DNA of 64,000 nt from a virus. The stretch's first letter is position 1. Each line of letters starts with the position of its first letter. Under the pieces are notes generated by a model that searched no databases, had not been told where the DNA came from, and saw only the letters and a program-made list of their open reading frames with translations. A program made the position numbers and the translations under genes. The DNA lies in the IMG/VR virus record IMGVR_UViG_3300036985_006427, positions 1 through 64,000 of that record. One strand, given 5' to 3'. Below, piece by piece: positions 39,093 through 51,000 of the stretch.

Positions 39093-42000
39093 TTAATATC
39101 CTCTTACTCTTAAATTAAGAGCATTCGTTGTCTGAGTACTCGTCAGTGATAAATTCAAGGATTCTGAACTCTGCCCACTTGGAGCAGAGATAAACAGAGA
39201 TAATCCAGAAGGGTTCTCTCCGCTAGCAATCCCTAAAACACCAAAGTTATACAATCCTAATGTATTATACACATTTGCTCGATCTGGCCCCAACAACGAT
39301 AGGTTCATATCTCCAGACATAGCGACTGGTCTTCCGGAGGTTATCAAGTTGAATGAATTGTTGATTTCTGTACCCGGAAACAGTTCAAACTTTATGTTAT
39401 CGATGTATGGTCTATGAGCCACAAAACCCTTTGTTGATGGGTCAAAACCAGAAGCTTCTAAGAAAATGTCTCCATTTTTATTGCTAAACACTATGCCTGA
39501 AACTACATATTCTAATGAATCTCCAGATGAATTCTGGTACACCCTTAGGCCAACCCTGTCTGTTGATCCAGACTCTTGTTTGTTTCCAAACACATGAGCG
39601 TCTATCCAACCTCCGCTATTTTGTATAGAAGGAATCTGTTGTCTTAAAACACAGTCGAAGGTATAAGCAGCTCCAGCATTATTTAAACCTTTTGTTGGAT
39701 GATCTCCACTCGTTGGCCAATCGTGATTTGGAGAACCAGCAATCAATGTATAATCACTATCTCCTCTAAGTGGCCTATCTATACAAACGGAGGCTCCAAA
39801 GTTGTCATTGTCTGAACCACTAGCCGCCAATATTCCGGTTGTTAATGCGGTTTGAACTCTAGACTTGTAACCTACGGCAAGCATCTTTTCAGCAAATATC
39901 CATCTTTGTGTTCTTTCATTGAAGTTGACCATTTCGTTTCTATAGTTATAAACAGCACCATTGTTTAGAGTCATTGTTCCGCTGTTGTTGCCAAATGTAT
40001 TTACTCTGATTCCGGAATCGGCTAAATCGTAGAATGAATGTTTTGGAATATCAAACTTGGCGTCAAAACTCTTTCTCTGGAAGGCTGTAGATCCACTGTA
40101 GATATGGTGATGTAAAGTTTCAAACGAATGATTTGGAGCGCCCACAACGGCCATGTCGTAAGCTATATCAACTGAAAATCCAAATCTATCTCCACGGCGA
40201 GCGTATTCTGATATAAATGAAGAATCGTTTATTTGATGTGGACCTCTCAAACTTGTTAATTTCTGAGATGGAGTTGGAGAGAAATCGTAGATGCCAACAT
40301 TTATGCTGTTTGGCTTTATCTTTTGTTTGAACTCCCAAGGTAGAAACTCTTCTATTACATTTTTACCATTGTTTGTTTTCTCGAATATGAATGCAGCTCC
40401 AGCGCCTCCGTCTGCGCCTATTCTTATTCCAGATCTAGTTGCATCGTTTTTGATTTCATGCCACTGAACAATTCCACTGACACCGCTTATAGCTCCTTCT
40501 GAATGAAATGCGTTGTATGGTGTTCCAACTATAATTTTTCCATTGTCTATAGCGACAGAGTATCCGAATAAATCTCCCGGACATCCAGAGTTGAATAAAT
40601 CATAATCAAGATAGTCTGCGTTAGCTATCTTCATAAGCTCATTCAATCCGCCTCCGATACCGGCATCAACTATAAAGCTTCTGTTTGAATTTTTATCTAA
40701 TCCTAACAGGATATCATAATCGGTATAAATACCTCCATTGTAGGTTACAATATCCAAGAAGTCTCCACTGAACCTAGGGTACATTCCATATTTAGTGATA
40801 ACTTCATCGTTAAAGAAGCTTTTGGATCTTTGTTCCATTTCTTCTGAAGTTTTAAGTTCTGGTGGTCTAGATAGAGTTGTAGGATCGTACGTATCCTCGT
40901 TGTCAGAATAGTTGTTCAAATTACCAGCAACACCATTTCCTCCCCAAAGTCTAGAAGGAATCAAAGTAGCGCCAATAGCCTGACCGCTAACCGCAGCATA
41001 TTTAGCCGGAGAGCCTCGTTCAGGAGCGCGTAATTTCTGAGAAAGTTCCCAGTTTCTGCCTTCTTTTATTAGGGCAGTATCGTAAACCCCTCCTGATTGT
41101 AGTCTTCCTGCCCCGTTACCAATGTTGATGGTTTCGCCAGTATCGTTTGGACTCGGAGGATATAGATTTCTAACAAAGCTTTGGTTGCCAGTTATAGTCG
41201 TTGATCTATAATGAGGGCATTGACCTTGAAGCAAAGTTGAGTCTGCTATTAAAATGATTTTTGATCTTCTCTTGCCATTCTGGAACGATGAGAAGTTTTC
41301 AAACTCTTCTGCCACAATGACTGGTCCATCTTCTATCAATTCTTCAGCCCAGCTTTCAGACGCAGAAATACACTCATCTGTTGTGAAATTGTTTTCATCA
41401 CAGTAAATGGAACTCTTGTGTTTGACTGGTCTAGAAACACCCGGAACTACTCCGCTAGCTGCTGGATTCACAGCGTACCGGAAGTTGAATTGAACTGGAA
41501 GTCCATCGTTTATCAAACCGCTGGTTGTTATAGCATTGATTTCAGTAATGATTGGAAGCAACGCTCCAGAGATAGACAGCATTCTAGGAGTTTTAGGAGG
41601 CAATGAAATGCCTTCTAATTCTTTGACATCTATAAAACTAGACCATTTACTTGTTTGAAAAGTTATTCCAAACTCATCTATGTTGCTATTTGATTCTGTT
41701 CTAAATTCAAAAATGGTTTCCTGAGGAATATAGGTCGTTGTTTTGGTTAGCTCTCCAACGCTTCCACAGGCGAACGAAGGCAAACCTACGGGCGTATCAA
41801 ATATTAGATTTCCACTATGATTCGCGCATATTTTAAATTTTTCATCTGGAGACTCAGAGACCCAATTTATCCATACTCTGTATCCAGATCCGGGTAAAAT
41901 AGGGAAAGTAACAGCGCCTGCCCCGTTAATCTGCCAAGTGTTTTTAGCTCCATACACTTTATAGGTTTGTTTTATCTCTGGCAAGAAAGATAGTATTCTT

Positions 42001-45000
42001 TCAAAATCCTGCCCTCCTGATAATGGCACAAAGTTTGTTCTGCTTGCGTATGAAAACTCTTCACTTTGAGATGCAACGCTAATTGTAGCTGTGTTTGGAT
42101 GGAAATCTATTCCACTGAGACTTGTAGAGGTTTTGTAACTAGGATATGTGAAGTGATACCCATCATCACAACCGCTGATGCTGTCTGTTGCATAGTTTAT
42201 CAATTGTTTGTTGTCATTTTCTGTATATCTGCTCAACTTGTCTGACAAGTAATACTTGCCAAGTTTTGGTAAGTACATTGGCTTGCTTGTCATTCTCAGG
42301 CCACTGCAAAGATATGTAATATTATCAGATATTTCTTGAGCGGTACTATCTTTTACAGCACTGTAAGTTATAATTATCTTCTTGTTGCCAAAGTCAAGCC
42401 AGTCGTTTAGCGTCATTAAATCTTCACTCGAAGGTTTTCCAGACGGAAACGCCAACCACACAAAGTCTATGGAGCCGTTGACATATCTCATTTCACTGTT
42501 TTCTGTGAAAAATCCGCCATCAGGAAAAAATTCAACGTTTAATTTATTTGCTAAATTATGACCAGAGGCAGAATTTCCAGAAGAGTCATAAGCGTTCTTG
42601 AGAGATGTTCTTCCTGTAAAGCCATTTATCTGCAAACCCTTTGGGGCATACAAGCAATCTTTACGGATCATATTTATATAAAACTCTGTATTCTTATCTT
42701 TATTCAACGTGGCGTAACTAAGACCACGGCTAGCATCATCTTCACTCCACTGCGTAGCCAAGACATAAATGCGAGAATTATTAAATGATCCATCTGGTTT
42801 TCTTCCAGACTCCACAAGGGCTACTATCTGATCTGGGTAAACCGTTTCTGTGACATCAACAGCTTCAGATAAAATTTTACCAGCAGCTTGCATCAATCCG
42901 TCACGACCATTTTCAAGAGCAGGGTCGAACATATCTCCGTTATAATAAAATGAATTAAAGTTTCCACTAACAACCGATGGTCCATTTTCCATTATATGGA
43001 ACGCAAGTTCATTTATGTTGTTGGCAGCAAAAGATATCTTTTCTTCAAACTGCTTGTTGACTTTATAAACCTGTGGCTGAAAAGTATCCCATATCAATCC
43101 AGATGTAGCTGGATCGTACCAAGATGTTGGAGGCAAGTGTTCAGCGGTCGTCAAGACTGGCACGGGTTCTTCATTGCTTTTGTTGAACAACGATTGTGGA
43201 GGGCTATCACAATCGATAGTAAAGTTCTGGAACTGCAAAGGCCAGTTTTTATAATATGACACTACGCTACAAGTCTTTGGAGTTGTTTTTACGCACTGCT
43301 CTTTCCATTGGGCTCGTAAATCACCTACAATCCCTTTTAATGGAAATTCACATTTTGAATTTATAATTGGAGCAGGACCGTCACCGCAAGTAGCTCCTTC
43401 TGGGCAATTTAGATTTTCAAAAAATTCATCAAGATTATCTCTAGACAAATCTATACGAATATCGCCAACACCCTTGATATAATATTCTCCATGATGCTCA
43501 ATCGTTCTTCCAGTTGATCTATCTGGCAAGAAAGATTTAGTAGCATTGTATTTATTGCTAGAAACATCTTGTTGAGAAATGCATCCTTGAGCAGAATACT
43601 CAACATTACGCGCAGGATGTATTCTCATTCTGGAGCCTAATTTTTCCAGAATTTTGTTTACAATTTTATTTGAATCTTCATACAATCCATCTTCTTCCCA
43701 TACTGGGTCGTTGCCAACGATAACAAGATTTCTATCACCCAAAGACAACCAATCTTTGATGTTTTGAATAATTTCATCGCTTGCAGCATCTAGTTCTGGA
43801 GTGACAATAAACGCAAGACCAGCGTCTCTAGGAATTTCAATTTCAGAGAAATCAGTTCTTCTCCAAGATTTACCTTGATATCCAATCGTTCCGTTTGACC
43901 CAGAAGCGAAGATCAAAGGCCAATTAGAATTATCATAATAACCCAAAGCTCTTTCTTCAGGATGAGAAGATCTGTCAAGATTGCCAAACCTTCCAAACTC
44001 AACAACTTTGTTGTGAGGATAATATTTTCTGTTTTGGAATACTCTCACCGCTCCAGCATTTGTATATGAAGCCCAAGAGAGAATGTTATCACCCCAAACG
44101 TTAGCGTCTTCAAATTCGTTAAAGCAGTCTGTGGGTGCTCCGAACGCTACGGTTTCTCCGTCTTGGTCTACAGCACAGCTCCATCCGAGCCTCGACGTTG
44201 AAGCGAACGTAGATGGCAAGAACTGTCTGGTTCCTAAGTATTGAATATCATTGTGCCCATACTGATATGTCATTTTATAAGGGGTTGGCAGAGTTCCCCA
44301 GAAGTTGATATCATTTCTATATTCAAATCTTTCTGAGGATTGTATAAAGTCGTATGTAGACACTTTGGCTATAGCTTGTCCAGATTGAGACGCTATAGAA
44401 TCGTAATGACTGACAGCTTGCGGCTTGTTCGTGGAAACGCACCAGCTACGAATATTGTCGTAAACCTTCTGGGCTTCTTTTTCGTTTCGTTCAAAAATAT
44501 TACAAGATTTATCGTTCCACGGAGAACCGACTGCTACAACTTCTCCATTTTTACTTATAGAAACGGCGTGTCCAAACCTATCGTTGTATGTCTTGCTGTA
44601 TATCGAACCTAAACCATCCATACTGTCAAAGTTAAATTCTAACTTGTCGTTTGGAGACACAATGACTTGTATACAATTGAAAGTGTTTCTTTCTTTTTCA
44701 AATATATAAACTCTTCCGCCAGAGGCTGGTGGTACTTGAAATTCTGTTACAACAGACCCATGAGTAGAACCCCATTCTTGACCAACGCCACTTGCTATAA
44801 AGTTTCTGTTTAAAGTAGTGTTGGTGTATCCTGCGGACAATCTTCCGCTATCGAATGTATTTTCAAACAACTGCTTGCAAGTGGTATCCCATGTTTCAGA
44901 CTCTCCAGTGATCTTATTCAGATGACCACTTTGCGCAATGTTTTGGACAAGATCTTTGACTCCACTCGCATAAGAGTGAGCTAAATAAAACTTTTCAAAC

Positions 45001-48000
45001 TCATCATAGATGTTGATGACCACCCCATTGTTGCCGTATTGCAACGCTCCTTCAGTAGACCCTGTTTGTTCTTTGAAAAGACCAATGATAGCTGGTATTC
45101 CGCTATACACTGAGAATTCAGTAGAACCACTAGGAAACGCTTGGAAGAAAGCGGACTTTACTCCGCTGAGCATTTGATTGAACACAACTGGTCTTCCAGA
45201 AGCTATGAAATTTGCAGGAGATCCTAATCCACCAAGAACCCCTGAACCAGTATCAAGCAGTAATTCTAGGTCATCCAATCTAGGAATGTATTTGTGGACA
45301 AACCATGAAGACTCATCGGTTGGTATAACTGGATAATTTCTATTTGAATGAGTTAATTGTAGTACTATCAACTTAGGGTTGATTTGAGCGTACCATTCGT
45401 TTGGTCCGCTGTTCCAAGGTGCAGAGAAATATTTCCATAGTGTATTAAATTTTTGAGCTGTTGCAGCTACACTTTTCAGCTTTTCTTTTTCGTATTCAAA
45501 TAAGTCTGTAAATATGATTCCTGCCGTTGGAATGCCAGACACAGCAATGTCAGAGAAGCTTCTTGACCACTTGGCTCTTGGGGCACCCACAACCACAATC
45601 TCACGTTCACCACTAGAGCAAATATCTAAGGATTCTCCGAATTTTCTGCCTTCCTGTCCAATCTGCCATTTGTTTCCAGATATAGAGAATTGATCAAATC
45701 TAATTATATTTTCTTCTGTTCTTTGTATGTAATCTTTTCTGAAACCAGATGGTAACATCAACTGTTCAGCGTAAGACCATCCAGCCTTTTTGCCAGCTTG
45801 ATCAGAACCTCTTCTGTACAAGAATACAGATCCAGCTCCAGATACGTTCACTGTAGATTCGTCGTAAGGTGAATAATCTGAGATTGTAATGTTAGGAGCA
45901 GATATAGCCATCAAGTCATTGCTGACACGCACCTGTTGACCGTAATTATCATTTACGTTTCTGCCAGAAGCAGATATTAACTTCACACCTGAGAATACTA
46001 TGTTTTGATCACAATCTTCAGTGCAGCAACCGCTATTGTTTGGATACCAAGCTGGTCCACACATTCCGTATTCCCATTCTTCGAATGTTCTTGGAACAGG
46101 AATAGATTGATTAGAACCAGTTTTAATAACTAGCGTGGTCTTATAAGCAAGCGATGGCAATAGCTGATCAAACTTTCTTATTCCATAGTAATTTCCGCTA
46201 TATCCAAATCCACCTGCGAAATTAATTGCTCCAGAGTTTGTGTACGTATTCTTTGCTCTGAAGATGCCTCCATCATTGCATGTTTCTTGTCTCCACGTAA
46301 TGCCGTCAGTAACCAAAGCTTTATCTATAGCTTTGCTTGGACTGTCTCCTGTGCATGATCCATAACCTATTAAATCTACACCTCTGATTTCATTGTTTGC
46401 AGGCAGAAATGCAACATGATTGTCTGCAAGTTCTATTGGAGATCCATAGCTACTGCTGTTCCATACAGCCAAAGAAGATCCAAAATTAGAGCTATAGTTT
46501 GCTGTTACAAAATTTAGAGATCCAGTCAACAAGGATTTAACCAAAGGATTATGCACATACAAAGGCATAGATTGATTTATAATGTTTGGAGCGTTTATGT
46601 ACAAAGGCATAGAATGTGAGCGTCGTGTGGACACTCCTTGATTATGACCAACAATGGTCAATCCGATCACTCCACTGGCACTGCCTTTTTGTCTGTTCAA
46701 TTGCTGGTTATGTAAAAATAATGGCAATGAAGATAAAACGCCCACGTTTCCAGAAGAAGCGAATAGATTAAGATTTAATACTGGACCTTCTGGTTTACCT
46801 GCCAACTCTATATTGACCAGAGTCAATGGCATACCAAAGAAACTACCAACAGATGTATTTGGGTTTCCGTCATCTGATGTATCGAGCATACCTAAAACTT
46901 TAGGCATAGATAAAGACAAGCCGCTACTCAGCGATGTTGGTAATTCTCCGCTGATATTTAAATTAAAATAGCTGTATCCAGATTGAGGAGGTATAAATAG
47001 ATTCAATGAATTAGATTCAGTGAAAGCTCCACTTACATTCAAGAAAAATCCAGATGGATGATCTACTTCATTGAAGATATTATACGGTATAGGAACCTGA
47101 ACTATCAACGGTAGTATTCCACTGTTTTCTCTTGGGAAACCGCCAATGTTAAGATTGATTTGGCTAGAAGCCGGGAAAGCTCCACTAACATTCATATTGA
47201 ATGTGCCGGAAGAACCCAGTGCCAAAATATTAGCATCTACCATTCTCACATGAGAAGAGTGCATATCTATTCTAGATTCAAATGCTGGTCCAGAAGGATA
47301 AACCAGATCGTATTGAACGAACATTTGATTTACATCGTCTTTGAAATATCTTTCTGAAAAATCTTTTAACCTTGGTTCTTTTGGGAATACAGCCCAAGGC
47401 TCTGTTTCATCGATTAGATCTTCATAATCAAATGTAGATTCTAACTTAACAAAACAGCTAGACGGTTCGATGTAATGAATTTTTCTGTTTACCAATCCCC
47501 AATTCGGCTCTTCTGTTGTCCAATATGGGTCTTGTTTCTTTGTGTACAAGCTAACTATAAACTTTGGACCAGATGGAGCGATTGTTTCACAAGATGGCCA
47601 CTTTATTCCATCTCCAAATTTATGCTCAACAATAGTTTCTACAACGAGGGCTCGTTCAGAAAATTTATATCCAACTGGTATGCTCTTGGTTATTCTTCTG
47701 TTGACTGCGTAAAAATTATCCACAACGTCAGATAAATGAAATCTTAAAAAGTCATTTTCTATCTGAGTATGGTAAGCTACAGTGTTATCCACAGATGTTG
47801 GCAGCGTTATATTTGTCTTGTCTGAATATCCAATGCCATCGCTTTTCAAATTAAAGGAAATCAGATCACGACCTGTGCGTTTTGTCAAGAAGTCAAACGA
47901 AGCGTCAAATTGGCAATATTTAAAGTCACCTACGTGCCAATCATTGTGCGTATCTTCGTCAACGTTTTGCCATAATGTAAATCTATCGTTGGTGTGTGAT

Positions 48001-51000
48001 TCAGAAGGATTCCATAGTTTAACTCTTTGATTTGCTAAAAATACATCTGCACTAGTTTCTTTGAGTTGTAAATCTGGATCTGATTGGACTATTTTACAAC
48101 CAGACGCAAGACCAAACTCACTAACAAACATATTCATGCCAACACCAGAACCAGTAGAAAACCCTACTGTAACATCGCTGTCTCCGACATAGATATCAAA
48201 CGGAGTAGAAGTAGCACGCAATGTATTCCAAGGATAAGCAAATTCGTTGTCTGTATATAATTTTAATTCACTCAAATCCTTATCGTTATAAGTAAGAATA
48301 ACTGCAAGTGGATATTGATATTCTGAATAATGAGCAGTGTCAGTTATTTTAATGATATTTCCAGTTGTGCTCCGAGCTAAACCGCAGAGATAACCGTTTT
48401 CGTAAGATATAGCAAACTCTAATTGTCTTCCTCCATGAGCATTGTGGAGACCCCATTTAGACACAAGTACTCCGCTATTAAATAAATTATAACCAACACC
48501 GCTTACATTTACGTCTGGTGTAAATTTAATATAAGAAACAAATCCATCGGAAGTATCTAAAGAATGATTAAAATCAATATAAGAGTTTTGTCCGCTAATT
48601 CTTACTATGTTGTTAAAAGCATCTGAAATCTGACCGTATAGCTGATCACTTGTAAAATTAGCCGCTCCATTGCTTAAAGACGTCCAGTCGGTAGTTTGGT
48701 AAGAGGTACTATAACCCGGCAACTGATTGTTGAATATTGTAGGGTTAGTAAATCTCCAACCAATGTTTTTATATCTATATTGACCATTACCATAAGTTGT
48801 GTGTAAAACACCGCCATTTCCGGTGTTATTGTGTGGATTTATTGTATGACCATCATCATAATCAAAATCATAAAAACCAAAATTAAATGGAGAATCTAAC
48901 AATGGATTATAGAATGAAAAACCAAACATGTTGGGATGGAAATCCCCTTGTGTTAGACCTTCCATTCCTTTCCATCTTCGAGCGTAGTTGGTTCTTATTG
49001 TATTTGGTGAACCATAAGCATGGGGAATGTTTTGTATTCTAGATATTGGCCCATATCCAGATCCAGCGTTGAGTACGCTATCATAAGATTGCATACCAGA
49101 AGGATACAAAGCGGCTTCAGATCTTCCGTCTTGAGTTTTGCCAAACTTCTCTCCACCCTGAGTGTACAGATTTATAGCATTAGCAGGAGCATATCTCACG
49201 CACAATTCGGCGTATCCAATAGCTGCACCGCTTGGCAATGGGAATATATCAAGGTATACATTTTCTAAGAAAGAGCTAAGACTATAATCTCTAGACAACC
49301 CCAGCTTTACTTTATCGTCAAGTATAACCAAAGGTATTTCATAAAGTTGAAAACCCGTACTGTTAACAACTGGGTATTGAGACAATCTATAATGATCGTT
49401 TCCGCTTGATTCAAAGTAAGTGTCATTTTCAGACAATGAACCACCACCGATTGTTCTGTCTGAATCACCTCGGTAAAATCCAGACAGCACAGGGTAGTTG
49501 CCAATGTTAGAAACGAAAGTGTCATTCAAGAAAATTCCAGATGGATCTTGAATAAATCCGCCAGACGGAGGTGTTACAAACAATAAATCGTCGTTGCTGT
49601 ACCCTACAACGTCCAAGATATAATCTCGGCTACCAACCTGTTTCTTAGCAAGAACTTTGAGTGTTAGAGATTCAACGTTATAAAAACAAATATCTTCTTG
49701 AATATTTTCAATACGTTTTTCTACACTGAATGCTCCAGTTGGTTTCCACCATGTTGTGTTTGTCCCTTGATCAAATGAGAAGTTAAAATCACCATTTGTA
49801 ATTTCATCTACTTTGTTGTATCCGGTTTGAAACTTTAAAATCAACTTTCCAGAATTCGCTATGTTTCCACCGCTGGTTGATTGCAATTTGATGAATCTAT
49901 CGGCATTTTTAACATTCAATATATTTATTAATTCTTTAGAGCCACAAACGTCTTGATTTGTTGCTCCTATTGGATATCCAGCAGTTATCGTTGTGTCATC
50001 TGCCCATACATTGTTGTTGACAGAAGGATAAATGGTTGTATCGTACGTATTGATAGCTATGAACGTTGGATTGATGCTTCTCTCTAGCCTTCGTCCAATT
50101 TCTCTCACAGGTATGCGGAATGGTAAATAATTCTCTAACCTTGGACCATACCCGCCACTGTTGCAAATTTCTACTGCTGATATTCTGAATCCTCTGGTAG
50201 GATTTATAAATCTTGTTTCATTGCTTGATAAAGGTTGTCCATCAATCGCCAAGTAGCTGTTGCCATTGTTGCTAAGTATCTCTGGAATAATATAATTTTC
50301 TTCAAAACCATCATCGAAACCCTTGTTGAAGGGATCGTCTAATGAGACAGCTCTTACGCTAAAAGACAATTGATATCCACTCACCTTATGCATATGAGGA
50401 ATGGTTCGCTGCCAGTCGTATTTTTCATTTATAACATTTATTTGAGGAAGAGATGAATACGTAGTAAAGTTAGAGTATTCTTCTGTGGAATCGCCTCTCA
50501 TCTGAATGTCATTGTATTTAACTATCAAATTTCCAGATGGGTCAGATAATTTAATGTTATATAATGTATACAGGGGTGGAAGTTTAGACTCATAATTATA
50601 CAGAGGTGTTGCTACTCTTATTCTAAAAGAAGAGCGTTCAGGTCTGACATACATATCAGTAAGTTCGCACTTGTACTGAAAAAGACCCTCTGTATGAAAA
50701 GTGTTTGGTTCAATGTAGGAGTTTTTGTCATCAGACAATAAGTTGGAATCTCCACGATCTTTCAAGACGCCTTCATAAATACCTTCATCTATATTGGACC
50801 ATAAGTTTGTTGACTCTAAAGACGGTCCAGCAAAAGTTCCAAACCCACTGTCTATCGGCAGATCGTTTGATGGATACAGTTTGCCTTGACAGTAAAAGTC
50901 CCCAAAATCACCCGCTACCTTGTCTGTTATTGTGTTTATGATATTAGCTTCGCCGGTTATCACTTGTGACAATACATAGCTAGCCTTGATGCTGTTGAGA

